Of a stretch of 64,000 bases of DNA, positions 22,596 through 35,532 are shown one piece after another. Source of the DNA: Rhynchopus sp. YZ270_cl-10 (taxonomy: Eukaryota); assembly GCA_964035575.1 (NCBI GenBank), contig OZ037844.1, forward strand, positions 744,001 to 808,000, written 5' to 3'. The notes under the pieces were generated by a model that worked only from the letters and a program-made list of their open reading frames with translations, was not told the DNA's origin and did not search any database. How positions within the stretch are numbered: position 1 is the first letter of the stretch; each line of letters opens with the position of its first letter. A program made the position numbers and the translations under genes.

Positions 22596-23937
22596 ACTGT
22601 GTTCTGTAGCAAAGGGAGGGGGGGAGGGAATGTGTTCCCAACCTTTTAGGGTGGCGTTTTGTTGGGAGAAGGGGAAAGGGGGGGAGGAGGGGGGATGTCG
22701 GTGGGGTTAAAGAAAAATCCGTTGTAGGACTGACCCTCGTAGGGGTGCTTGTTGTATGGATGTAGTTTGTCACGAGCAGGGGGATAGGTGTAGTGTAGAC
22801 CGTAGGGGGGTTTTTTTTTGTTCGAGTAATGTGTGCGGCGGATGGATGTGTTATGTGGGTTATGAAGAAGGGGAGATTTGAGGGCTCAAGCAAATAGGAG
22901 GAGGGGATAATCGATTATCATAGAACTAGTGTAGGAGAAAACCTTGGGGATTTCTAAAAAAAAGGCCTACACCAAGACAGTCAAAAAAAAAGCAAAAAAA
23001 AATGAGATAAACATGCGTCTCAGCCCATTGTGTGTACATACACACAGGCAAAATCCTATTCAGGATAACCCGCACTTGATGTCGAACACACAAAACACGT
23101 AGTGTGTCATCTAGGGTAGTTACATTGCAGCACATCCCCACCTTTGGTGTACGGAGATGAGCTGGGTGTGCAACGCTATTCTCTTACAGGGGACCTCCCA
23201 CACCTCCCCTCCCCACCCCTACTATATAAAGACGCCGTCAACAAACGCGCGCTGTTACTGACAAAATTACATTTTTTTTTTTTTTTTTTTTTTTTTTTTG
23301 AAAAATTCTTGGAATAGTGTAGTTGCCACCTATGCAAGCACCACTGTCCATTTTTTTTTTCGTTGCTCTTTTTTACCAAAGGGGGTTTTATAGCAACCAG
23401 TAAAAGAAACCAATTTTTAAAACCAAAGGGCGCATTGGGTCCAAAACTAGGGGTATGTCTGGGACAGAAAATATGTTTTTTCGGTGTTGGAGCTGGGTAG
23501 GGTAGTGTTTATTCAACTAGCAATCAAAATGCAACAGAAAGGGCGATGTAAATGTACATCGAGCCACCGAGGTTCAGGTGGAAAACAAGCGAAAACACAC
23601 AGTAACGTGCAGGCAATCAGAGACTACATGAGTGGGTGAAAAAAAAAACGCAAGTAAATGTAGCAAAAAAAAAAAGCCAGAGGTTGTGGAGTCGAGTTCA
23701 AGCAGGAATCAATTACCTACAATACCTCGGGTAACCTCCCTAAAAAGAATCAGCTGAAACTAAAATATAAGCATATTCTACGTTTTGTATCCCCCCCCCC
23801 CAATGGGATGTACACCAATGTCAGACTAGGATGCTTACAAAGACGTACTCCTCCTCCTCCTCCTTCTTCTTCTTCTTTGTAGTATCGACAATCACCCTGT
23901 CTGGGTTCTGAACACCACGTCGCCCCGAAGGCTTAAT

Positions 23938-25594
23938 TGCAGCGTTTTCAGGCTCAGTTATCGTGCATAATCGCGTGTCATCGTGCGTCATCGTGCGTTA
24001 TCGTGCGTCATCGCTCTGGTGCACTTTTTTTAGGGGGAAATTGGGGGGTTTCGCAGCCAATCACCCTGCACCTTCCTCAGCTTGTCTCGTCGGTGACGCA
24101 CGATAACAACACGACAGGCTTCAACCGTGACGATCCTATTTTCCGGGTTTTTTCGGCTGGGGACCGGTTTTTTTCCCGCCCTTCTCGCGTCTTTTTTGTG
24201 TGATTTTTGTGCCCTTTTCCCGGGTTTTTGCGCTTTGCGCGGCCTCCCTGACAAATTTGGGAAGCACTGTGAAAATTCGACCCAATTGAACACAACCTGG
24301 GTCATGTCTGGATGATGGGTGGAGGGATTTTAGACCATATCAACACCCCCGATCAACTAATCATAAAGGGTGCGACTTGACCTCCGTAACCCTCTCACGG
24401 AGACGAGAGCGAGGTCGATGTCGCCATACGTCGGGGCGTCACGGTCTCATCCACACAAAGTATTTTTTTTTCGGGCTCCTCTGAGCCGCTGTGGACACCA
24501 AAAATGCAGTGGAGAAGGCGGGAAAAAAATGCGGGAAAAAATCGAGTTCGCCCGAATCTGGGGACGGGGACGACATTTAGAGAAAGGCATGTGAACGCGA
24601 TTTCACTTTATTTTAATAAGTGGTGGTTTCACGGGATTGCACCACTAGGGCTGGGAGGGGGAGGGTGGAATCTGTGCGCACATGTTGGGAGGAAAAGTTA
24701 CTTGTGTCTCTTTGTATCAAAGTTTAGTGTTGCATTGAAGCATCCACACCATAGTACCATAGTACCATAGTACCATAGTACCATAGTACCATAGTACCAT
24801 AGTACCATAGTACCATAGTACCATAGTACCATAGTACCATAGTACCATAGTACCATAGTACCATAGTACCATAGTACCATAGTACCATAGTACCATAGTA
24901 CCATAGTACCATAGTACCATAGTACCATAGTACCATAGTACCATAGTACCATAGTACCATAGTACCATAGTACCATAGTACCATAGTACCATAGTACCAT
25001 AGTACCATAGTACCATAGTACCATAGTACCATAGTACCATAGTACCATAGTACCATAGTACCATAGTACCATAGTACCATAGTACCATAGTACCATAGTA
25101 CCATAGTACCATAGTACCATAGTACCATAGTACCATAGTACCATAGTACCATAGTACCATAGTACCATAGTACCATAGTACCATAGTACCATAGTACCAT
25201 AGTACCATAGTACCATAGTACCATAGTACCATAGTACCATAGTACCATAGTACCATAGTACCATAGTACCATAGTACCATAGTACCATAGTACCATAGTA
25301 CCATAGTACCATAGTACCATAGTACCATAGTACCATAGTACCATAGTACCATAGTACCATAGTACCATAGTACCATAGTACCATAGTACCATAGTACCAT
25401 AGTACCATAGTACCATAGTACCATAGTACCATAGTACCATAGTACCATAGTACCATAGTACCAGTGAAAACCAGTGAAACCACCACTAAAAAAACAAAAA
25501 AAAGTGAAATCGTGTTGTCATCGTGCGTCATCGTGCGTCATCGTGCACAATCACGTGTTATCGCCCCCTACCCCGCAGCCCAGGAAACGCTGCA
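23938..25594. mobile_element. Non-coding TG...CA element with 5-bp TSD carrying an 8-bp satellite
   Basis: TTAAT flanks both ends (23933-23937, 25595-25599). Imperfect TIR TGCAGCGTTTTCAGG / CCAGGAAACGCTGCA; TCGTGCGTCA tandem repeats near both ends; inner inverted repeat 24598-24632 / 25474-25512. Confidence 0.7.
24748..25463. repeat. Perfect tandem array (ACCATAGT)n, ~89 copies
   Basis: Directly visible 8-bp period. Confidence 0.98.
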
Positions 25595-25807
25595 TTAATG
25601 TCAATTCTTTTTGTTGCGCTGTATTAATGATCACAGTACCCTTGGTAGGTAACTGAGGAATAAAATAAAAGGCAAAAAACGAAAAAATTGGTTTTCTGCG
25701 GGCAATTTTTATTTTTTTCCAAAAAAAAAAAGCAACTGGGTCTAGGTAACTGGGTGGGGTACTCAATGTTACCCCCCCCTCCTCCTCTCCCCACCTTTTT
25801 TCCCTTT

Positions 25808-28800
25808 TTACACTGAGTTCACCTTCGGTTCCTCCAACGCCTCGGTGCTTCCTTCTGTGTCTTCATCGAGGGTGCTTCCATCCTCATGATTCTTTGCTAC
25901 TACCACAGACCCCCCCTCCATGACCACACGCACCTCCTCTCCGTCCCTGATTTCCCCTGCAAGATACTTTGTGGCAAGCTGAGAGATCATTTGCTTGTGG
26001 AGGACACGTTTGAGTTGGCGAGCACCATAGACTGGGGTCCATCCTTCTGTGGAGAGATAGGTACGGACTTCGGGTGAGACAGAGAGTGTCATGTGTTTGT
26101 CTTGAAGGAGGTCAGAGATGTCGTCCATGAGGATGTCGACAATGTCGGTGATGTGAGATTTGCCTAGGCGGTTGAACATAACTATCTCGTCCAGTCTGTT
26201 GATGAACTCAGGTGGCAGACGCGACTCCACAACCTTCATGACATCAGGTCGGATTGACTCCAGGTCTGTCTCAAAGGGGAGGTTCGCAATCTGTTCTGCC
26301 GCAAGGTTGCTGGTAAGAATGACGATCGTGTTTTTGAAGTCCACCTTCCGTCCCTGCCCGTCGGTCAAATGGCCTTCGTCAAGGATCTGCAACAAAACAT
26401 TCGCAACGGTTAAGTTGCATTTCTCGAATTCGTCGAACAAAACAATCTGGTACGGCCGCCTGCGGACACGCTCTGTCAGCTCACCGCCTTCTTCGTAGCC
26501 GACGTACCCGGGGGGTGCTCTGTTGAGAGTTTTGTTTGTATAAAAGTGTGCAATATTCTGTGATATTTTTATTACTGCAACACACTCCCACTGACTACCT
26601 GGCCAAGAGAAAACTACCATAAATCCCAAAAAATCTTGAGGCCAAAAAAGAGAAGTGATGCTACGGGAGGGTGAAAATATGCCATTTTTTTTTTTCTTTC
26701 AATAACACAACTCTCTCTACCCCGGGTAGGGAGTTTTTGGTACCGAAATTGGGCAGTGTAAAGTTTGCTTTTGCGCTTTCATTTTTTTACTTAATATGGG
26801 GTAAACATGGTATTGTTTTAATACATACCCGATCATGCGGTCCTTGGAGTGTGCTTCGGAGTATTCAGACATATCGAGTCTGACGATGTTAGATTCATCA
26901 TCAAAGAGAAAGCGTGCAAGCTGTTTGCAGACTTCAGTCTTCCCAACTCCGGTGGGCCCGAGGAAGAGGAAGCACCCGAGGGGACGCTTGTGGTTGTGCA
27001 GGCCGGCACGGCTGACACGGATGACGTCGGAGATGGCCTTGAGGGCAGGGTCCTGCCCTTTGATACGTTCGCGAAGGTGGTCTTCCATCTTGAGAAGCTT
27101 TTCCCGTTCACCAAGGAGAAGCTGGTGTACAGGAATGCCGGTGGCCTTGCTGATGACAAGACAGACGTCCTTCGTACGCACGCTCTCGGAGATCATTTGG
27201 TTGTTGGCAGTCTCGCTGCCCTTCTCCACCTGGCTGAGGAGGTGCGGGATCTCAGAGTGCTTCAGCTCAGAGGCACGGCCGAAGTCGTTGTTGGTTATCG
27301 CCCCGTCTAGCTCCTTGCGGGCGGCCTCAAGCTTTTGTTGCCACACCTTGATTTCCTTTAGTTTGTTTTTCTCGGTCTCCCAGAGATTGTTCAAACGGCC
27401 GTATTCTCTGTTCTTCTCCACGATGCTTTCCTCTAAGATCACAAGACGCTTGCGTGCCCCCTCATCGTTCTCTTTCTTGAGCGCCTCCTTCTCAATCTTG
27501 AGACGCACAATCTCACGCTCAAGGAGGTCCAGCTCGTCGGGTTTGCTTTCCTGCTGGAGCTTGAGTCTGCTTGCTGCCTCGTCAATGATGTCAATAGCCT
27601 TGTCGGGTAGCTTCCGGTCCGAAAGGTATTTATGGCTGTTAACTGCCGCAGACACCAAAGCGCTGTCAGTGATGATCAATCCATGATGTTTCTCGTAACG
27701 TTCTTTCAGGCCACGCAAGATGCTGATGGTATCCTCCACGCTTGGCTCCTTCACGTAGACCTGAGGGGGGGGTGAAAAGGTGTCAAAAATTGACAGTGGA
27801 GATTTGCACAAACTGTGGCAACACAACCCGAGACAACTACACTACTCCAACAATTTATCAAAAGATGAATCTGTACTCTGTTCTGAAGAGGGGGGTTATT
27901 GATGGCACCTCCTACCCCGTGATGCCAGCCATCCAGATGGAAGCACAAATAGTATGCAGTCCCGACCCAACCTCCTTCCCTGAAAACGGGGGCAGGGAGA
28001 AATGCATTCATTGATCGCTTCCAGCAACACACAGTTCGGTAAAAAAAAAAAAGAGAAAAATTTATAAAGATGGATCTAAGCTTTGTCACCTTGAATAATA
28101 TTATACTATATTAAACAAACGAGCAGACCTGTTGGAAGCGTCGTGCTAGCGCACCATCCTTTTCAATGCGCTTCTGGTACTCATTGAGTGTGGTCGCTCC
28201 TATGCAGTGAAGCTCACCTCTTGCGAGGGCAGGTTTGAGCATATTGCTTGCATCCATGGCACCTTCCGCCCCTCCTGCACCGACGAGGGTGTGCAGCTCG
28301 TCAATGAAGAGGATCACCTTCCCATCAGACTCCTGCGTTTCAGTGAGAATGCCTTTCAAACGTTCCTCAAACTCCCCACGGAACTTTGCCCCTGCGATGA
28401 GCGAGGAGATGTCGAGAGACAACACTCTCTTGTTCTTGATGGATTCGGGCACTTCTCCGGAGTGGATCTGTTGTGCGAGACCTTCGACAATCGCAGTTTT
28501 TCCGACACCAGGTTCGCCAATGAGTACAGGGTTGTTCTTCGTCCGTCTGCTCAACACCTGAAGTGTCTGTCTCACAACCTCCTCCCGCCCGATGACTGGA
28601 TCCAACTTGCCATCTGCCGCATCCTTCGTCAAATCCCTTGCAAAACGGTCCAAAAAGCTTTTGCCCTCCGTCCACTTAATATCCGGGCCCTTTCCCTTGG
28701 CGTCCTTCGTCGATGACACCCATCGCGACTGTACACCCTGTATTTGGGATGAGGATGAGGATGAGGATGAAGACAGGGAGCACACTGCAGCCCTGCGTGC

Positions 28801-28833
28801 ACACTGTGCACTGCACCTCACGGCAGACCGCAT
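25808..28833 (-). CDS. clpB: ClpB/Hsp100 disaggregase, mitochondrial Hsp78 type (3 exons)
   Basis: Exons 28833-28129, 27760-26829, 26519-25808 with GT-AG introns. Motifs [28 protein letters not shown], middle coiled coil, [30 protein letters not shown]. Arg/Ser-rich presequence and no Clp N-domain. Confidence 0.95.
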
Positions 28834-29275
28834 TGCACCTTCGTTTATGGCCAGGGGGGTGGAACCTTTGTTGACCTGGAGAGGGAAAGGGGGTGGAGGG
28901 GGGAGGGGGGTATGTGGAGGTAGTGAGGGGGATTGATTAAATGTTTGTAAAACGAAAAATTGGTTGGTTCTCTCTGTATTGCTTGGGCTTTTGTTTTTTT
29001 AGGTGAGGGGCAGAACGATTGTGTCGAAGGGGCGTTTGTGCGAGTGTGAGAAGATATAGCAATATAGCGATAGGATGGCACGGCATGTAGGCCAACGAGA
29101 AAAGATAATGTGAAATAATGAATGTGTGGTCACACTGTGCTGCACACATCGGAAAAGTGTGTGTGAGAAAAGGGTTGGAGTTAGAAGAAAATTTGTAGCC
29201 AAGAAGGTGTTCACTGCAACCAAAAGACGAGAATTGGCATCGGTGTGTGCAAATATTTTCCGAAGATAAAACAAT

Positions 29276-30487
29276 TCAGCGCAAGAGCCGAACGCAGTCG
29301 GGGCAGCCACGCTGGACTGCATAGTCCAGTGCTATGTGCCCGGCGAGGTTGCGCGGGGACTTATCCGCACCGTGCTCGAGGAGTATCTGCACCACAGTCG
29401 CGTCGCCGTTCTGTGTGGCACAATGCAACGCAGTGCTGCCGTTGTTGCCAGAGTGGTTTACATGCCCTTTATCCACATTGTCTGCAAGATAGCGTACTGT
29501 TTCCACATTTCGACACTTCACAGCTAGGATAAGACACGACTCCCCAGCGTCATCGGTGGCATGCACACCCCCGCCGAAGTACGCGAGCAACCTCGCAATC
29601 TCTGCGTGCCCATTATCACTAGCCACGAGAAGAGGCGAACACCCGTCGTCGTCCTTTGTCTCGATGTCAGCCCCTGCAGCAATGAGCTCCGTGCACACAG
29701 AGGCTGACTCGAAGAAAGCTGCCCATGCGAGCGCTGTTTTGCCAGTACTGTCCTTAGTCTCAAGTGGCACACCTGCTGCAAGAAGCGATTTAACGGCAGG
29801 TTCATTGTCGTGTTCAGCAGCCACGTGGAGGGGTGTTTCCTGTGCATGGTTCACTGCGTCGATGGCGGCACCGTGCTTGAGCACCACCTTGACCAGGTTT
29901 CCTTCGTCGTTCTTTGCGCATGCGTGGTGTAGTGCTGTGTTGCCGTTGGTGTCCACGACAGACACCGACGCACCGTTCTCAAGCAAAGACGTCACTGTGG
30001 CCAGCTTCCCTGCCCTCAGTGCAGCGAACAGCGCCGTCCTCCCCTCGCCCCCTCTGCTGTCCACCTCGGCCCCCGCCTCGATGAGAACATCAAGGCAGGC
30101 AGCCTTCCCCATGGCTGCAGCGTACATGAGTGGCGTCAGGGCATCCTCGTCACATCCATCCAACGGTACGCCCCCTGCAAGCAGCACCCGTGTGCACTCC
30201 ACATGCCCCCTCGCCACAGTCATATGGAGAACACTACCCATCTGCGTTGTCTCAACATACGGAAGAAGCAGTGCCAGGCATTCATCGTGGTTCCCTCTGC
30301 ATGCCTCGTGCACAGCATCGAAATAAACTGTTTTGCTGTCTGTGTCTGAGCTGAGCTTCTCAAGTCCCGTCCGCACGGCAGTCGTGTCGCCGTTCCTGGC
30401 AGCCTCCACCAAGACCTCGTCTGCAGAAAGCTTTCTTCTCTTTGGTGGGTTCTCGTCAGGTGTGCTGTCTGCGTGTTGCCTCGACAT
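29276..30487 (-). CDS. Ankyrin-repeat protein: family head fused to a divergent ankyrin array
   Basis: Starts MSRQHADSTPDENPP at ATG 30487. DNA matches paralogues up to ETTQMG, then TPLMYAA / TALHHAC / TPLHVAA-type repeats. Confidence 0.88.
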   Translation of the reverse strand: MSRQHADSTPDENPPKRRKLSADEVLVEAARNGDTTAVRTGLEKLSSDTDSKTVYFDAVHEACRGNHDECLALLLPYVETTQMGSVLHMTVARGHVECTRVLLAGGVPLDGCDEDALTPLMYAAAMGKAACLDVLIEAGAEVDSRGGEGRTALFAALRAGKLATVTSLLENGASVSVVDTNGNTALHHACAKNDEGNLVKVVLKHGAAIDAVNHAQETPLHVAAEHDNEPAVKSLLAAGVPLETKDSTGKTALAWAAFFESASVCTELIAAGADIETKDDDGCSPLLVASDNGHAEIARLLAYFGGGVHATDDAGESCLILAVKCRNVETVRYLADNVDKGHVNHSGNNGSTALHCATQNGDATVVQILLEHGADKSPRNLAGHIALDYAVQRGCPDCVRLLR

Positions 30488-32080
30488 GGTTTGTGTCACC
30501 GCTCTCTTCTTTCCTTGAAGAGGGTGTAAGGTGGGGGTGGGGACAAAGAGTAGGGTTGAAATACAAAAGCCCGCTCGTGACAGTTGTACCTTGGTACATG
30601 AACCCGGACAAACGGACAAAGAAGTGGTCAAAAGAAGACTGCGTTCTCAGGAAAAGAGAGTCCTCTCATTTCTCATGGTCAGGAGGCTGTTGCTGAGTGC
30701 CCACAAAACAGCATGTGTGCATGCACATCCCATACGAGCCAATACCACTAGTACAAAAACTCAAACCGGAAGCTTCGACCAAAAATAAGACATTCTCCTT
30801 TTTTTGACGCAATTATTTTTTGCAAGAAAAAAAATAAATAAATTGAACAAAGGCAATTGGGGAAATGGGCGGGGGGGAGTTTTTTTCTGAATGGGGGAAA
30901 AGAGGGAATCTAGTGGGTGACGGGGAGAAAAGCTTCAGTGATGGACCTCTACCCCCATGAGGAGCGAGACAATACACACACAGCTTTAAACCAAATAACA
31001 ACTATTTACTCTAGGGAAATAGAATTACGATATTGCCCAAGAATTTGAAGTTTTTATTCAAAAAAAAAGAAAATTGAAAAATTGAAAACAGGAAAACAGG
31101 AGAGCATCGGGTGTCTTGTATTATGTCCGTTTTTTCCTTCATTTCTTTTTCTCTCTATGACGGATTCTGTACGATCGTACCGAATGGAAGAATGGACATC
31201 CATGCGGAGCCCAAATTTAGATTCATATACTTTCAGTTCACAGAATTGAAAGTATTTTGAGAGGGTCAACACAAAAATTTGAAAACACGGTACTACCCGT
31301 ACATTATTCCTCTTGTAGAAATGATATCCTGTTCTCATGAATCCTATTTCAAGGGGGGGTGTTTTGATATTTTTTTGAGTTTTTTTAAAATCTTTTTTTT
31401 TTCTTCCCTTTTTTTTCTCTTCTACAAAAAGCGGTTAAAGTGTTGACCCACTCCAAATCACTGTCTCTTCTTCGCTCCGCTTTTTCTTTACAAAAAATGG
31501 GGGGTTTTTTTTTCATATTTTTTTGGGGGTTATCTAAAAAGGGGAACGGGAGAGGCCAACAAAAGAAAAGTTGATTGAAATGAACCTGAGATTTTCCTGC
31601 TTTGTTCATATCTTACCAAAAAGAAGGTGCCGAAGGCATTCTGTTATTGTTATCTACACAGTAGGGGCGAAGGGGTTTTATGCCATAAAAACAAAAAACA
31701 AAAACAAAAAAGAGAGAGCGAGAGAACCAAGGTTGGTACAACAACCGAAATTCTCGCGTTTTCCCAAGCGTTTTTTTTTTTTTTTCCACTTACAAAACAA
31801 AACGTTGGCATTTAATATAAAATGGCATACATTTTGCTCTTAGTTTTTTTTTCATGCACTTTTGTTTTGGTAAAGGGGGAATTGTTGCCATATCTAAAAA
31901 AAAACGGGGAAGGGAGGGGAGAGAGAAGGAGGGGGGAGGAGGAGGTGCGCGAAGACAGTTGCCATTCACCCCGCTCTCGGCAATGCCTTCGGCCGCAATG
32001 TCGTTTACTTTTTTTTTCTACTCTCCTGTGTTACATGTCAAATGAAAAGGTGTGAGACGGGGAATATCAAAGGAGCGAAC

Positions 32081-34525
32081 TCAAGGCATGGCGGTGGCCT
32101 TCAACTCGTTGAACCAAGGGTGCTGTGGTGTGTGTGTTGATGAAAAATGTGAAATCCATTAATTTGAACAATGTTTTCGCATGCTAAAAAAACAATGAAA
32201 GATGAACTCTTCACTGCGCTTGGTCATTTAAAAAAAGAAAAAGTTGAAAGTGCAAACGCCGGTTCTCCGATATCGAACCCCTCCAGAGAGACTTAGTGTT
32301 GCATGCACAATAAATTTAACAAACACAACAACTCGTGAATACCTCAAGCGCCGCAATGGCGGAGATGCGGACGTTCGGGTCGTATGTGAGCAGCTTGGAC
32401 ATAAGGTCAATGCCAGCAGCGTCCACGTCACGGCAGACGTCGGCAAGGTTCTTCCTGCTCCACTTCGGGAAGACGGGCTTGTAGTCAGGGAGGGACGTCA
32501 CCCCGGGCCACGTGCGCTCGTCGGGGGTCCCCAAAAGACGGAAGATGTTGAACAGCTCGTCAATCTCGCAGTCTCCAGGGAAGAGCGGGGAGCGGTTGGC
32601 CATCTCGGACATGATGGCACCACAGCTCCATGTGTCGACAGTGCAGGAGTAGCGCTTCTCTCCCAGCAGGATCTCGGGGGCACGGTACCAGAGGGTCACC
32701 ACCTCGTGGGTGTACGCAGGCATGGGGAACTGTTGTTATTATTTTAGTACACACTAATAATCTCAAACACTCCAAACCCATTTACCCCCTCTAATAACAC
32801 CATCTAATAGACCCTGGAGCTTTTGGGCATTTTTTTTTTTTCCAACAACTTTGGATTTTGCACAATGCAACAATATATCAGCCATTCCATGAAATTCCGT
32901 ATACTTTTGCAAAAAAGTCACTCAGAGAACCCAGATGCAAATTTTTTATCGTCCGACCCCGCATTTGATTCATTTTGACTCCCCGGATCCGAGAATATTT
33001 TTTTGAAAAAAAAATATAAAAAAATCCCATCCGAGGATGTGTGGGAGAGCTTCGGGGTCCGGCTCTCCCAGTGATCTCAACAATTTCGCAGTCACAAAAA
33101 CCCCCCAAAACCCCGCTAGTCTGAATTTCCGAGCTCGGCGCTTTTCATTAAAAAAAAAATCGAGAAGATTAGTGGAGTAGAAGTTGTCTACTTTTTTTAC
33201 CATGGGTAATTTTGCACTATAGCTATAAATAGCAGGGTAAATTACCTTGGAAAATGGGGTGTTCGCCGCTAGTATACGGTAGTACCCTGGTCGCCTTCTG
33301 CGTCTACCCGTTGGTCGTACGACCCCGGAATTGCAAGATATTGCAATGCTTCTTTCAAACGCGTGCTTGGGCAATTTATTTTTTGACGAAAGCGTGGCCT
33401 TAAAATATAGAGGAATTCCTCTGTAAAAGGGGCACCATAAGGCACTTCCTAGTAGGGACCTTCCGCCTAAGAACTGCCCAAAAAATAATAGACATCGACA
33501 GATGCACAAAAAAAATCGTCCGACCCCGGAATTGAAAGATTTCGTACCCGATCTTCCAAAAAAAGAGAAAAAATATTTTTTTTGGGGACCTGGGGCCCTG
33601 TTAAAATTATGTGGCCACGGACGACATCGTTTGCGGAAATATAAAGTATTTTTTTGTTGTCGAAAATGCGCTAGTCTGAATATCCGAGCTCGGCGCTTTC
33701 AAATAAAATAGAAAACGACTTCAGGATATGACAGTTAAATGAAATAAAGAAAACACTTTTTCGTTTATCGCACCGCAAAAGGTTTGTGTTTTTCACTGAT
33801 GAATGTGAGTGATGTTAGTGGAAAAACAATACGCTAAAGCGGGCACGCACCATCCGTCGTTTTCCATTTCTATTCGTCAATGCTTGATAACACAAAAAAA
33901 AAAATCGAAAAGATTAGTGGAGTAGAAGTTGTCTAGTATTTTTACCAATAACAGGGGTTTTGTATACGGTTTTTCATGGAATGGCTGATATGTATTTACG
34001 GTCTTGCTTCTTCGTATTTACACCTCAGATAATCCCCTCCCCCCTAACCCTTTACCATACCTGGAATGCGCGGGCAAGACCGAAGTCAGCGATCTTCAGG
34101 ACACCGTCTGTAATAAGAAGGTTCTGGGGCTTGAGGTCACGGTGGATGATACGCTGGGAGTGGCAGAAGGAGAGACCCTTGAGGAGCTGGTGCATCATGG
34201 ACTTGAGCTTGGTGCCGCGGATGGCGGACTTGGTTGCGTTCATGAGTTGCTTCAGGTCGCTGTCGCAGAACTCGAAGACGAGAAGGAGCTTGGTGCTGCT
34301 CGACACAACGTCGAGGAGGTTCACAATGTTCTCGTGGTGCAGCGTCTTGAGCACACTGATCTCACGCAGCGCGGTGCTGGGCATCCCTTCGTCCTCCGTC
34401 TCCAGACGGATCTTCTTCAGCGCGACGGTGCGCCCGTTGGTGGTGTCGCACCCCTTGTACACAACACCATACGTCCCCTCCCCAAGCTTCGTCATCATCT
34501 GGTACTTTCCTGCGGTGGTCTGCAT
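32081..34525 (-). CDS. Cyclin-dependent kinase, CDK1/2-like with PSTALRE helix (3 exons)
   Basis: Exons 34525-34061, 32729-32343, 32122-32081. Motifs [52 protein letters not shown]. The frame stays open ~26 codons upstream to an AG, so an extra 5' exon is possible. Confidence 0.92.
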
Positions 34526-34650
34526 CGTGGGGTTTTGGGTCTCCGCCTTCTTCTCCTTGATGCTCTTGATAAACTTACGGAGAATTGTATGCCTTGTGTA
34601 TAACTGAGGGGTCGTGGTGGTGGTGGTGGTGGTGGTGGTGGGAGGGGGTA

Positions 34651-34908
34651 CACGACGGTGAAGTATGTTACATTACAAGTGAAGTACTAGTAACGTTACA
34701 AGTGAAAATCCGTTACAAGTGGGTTACAAGTGAGTTACAAGTTACATGTACCACCACCTGATTTCGCCTGAAATTAGGTGAAGTTCAGTGGTTTTTGGTG
34801 GTGGTACATGTAACCCACTTGTAACGTACAAGTGGGTTACATGTAACAAAAGTTACACGTAACTCCACTTGTAACCCCACTTGCAACACCCGTTACTTCA
34901 CCGTCGTG
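34651..34908. mobile_element. MITE with TA TSD (Tc1/mariner-type signature)
   Basis: TA-CACGACGGTGAAGTA ... TACTTCACCGTCGTG-TA, perfect 15-bp TIR; GTTACAAGTG repeats on the left mirrored as CACTTGTAAC on the right. Confidence 0.85.
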
Positions 34909-35038
34909 TATGTAAAGTCGAAGTAGAAAAAAAAATGAGTATTGAGAAAAGAGGTGTCAGGAAAACAAAAAAAAAAACGGCGGAGGTTCAAGTTGCTATG
35001 CACCACTGCCTAGTATGAGCTGTGAAGGGGGTATGACG

Positions 35039-35146
35039 AGCTACATGACAAGACTAAATAATGACAAGACCACTGTCTAATGACAGGACCTAACGCCACT
35101 CATTACATACAGGGGCCTTGTCATTATTTAGTCTTGTCATGTAGCT
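35039..35146. repeat. 30-bp perfect inverted repeat (small foldback)
   Basis: AGCTACATGACAAGACTAAATAATGACAAG (35039-35068) and its reverse complement (35117-35146). Confidence 0.85.
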
Positions 35147-35532
35147 AGCCATGCACCTTGTCACATGACGAGCCATGGGTGGTAACGTCGTGGTGCAAAA
35201 GTGGATAGCTGGGGAGGGGGTGGGGGTGTGTGTTCACAAAAATTCTTTGGCTAAATTAAGGACAAAATGGTCCCAAAACCGCAGAAGTACCAAAATTAAT
35301 ACGGACCGAACTATGTGCGGCCCAAGTGTTTTCCGAAGACGGGGGAATAATAACGGATGCTCTCACGACTGTAGCGTTGGTGCAGTTTCACCTTCACTCC
35401 CCTCTTTGCTTTTGCAAAAAATAGACGCTTTGCATACAAGCTCGTTCTTTTGCCAATGATATTCCATCCCCTCTTAATTGGGTTGTAACGCGACCCTCAC
35501 TAAATACCAGGAAAAGCCACCAAGAAAGTTAC

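Noticed and set aside
24748..25463. CRISPR array or telomere
   Set aside because: No spacers and no cas genes; the unit is not TTAGGG-like and the array is internal to an element.
24698..25531. ORFs of repeating MVLWYYGT
   Set aside because: Translations of the 8-bp satellite; no coding evidence.
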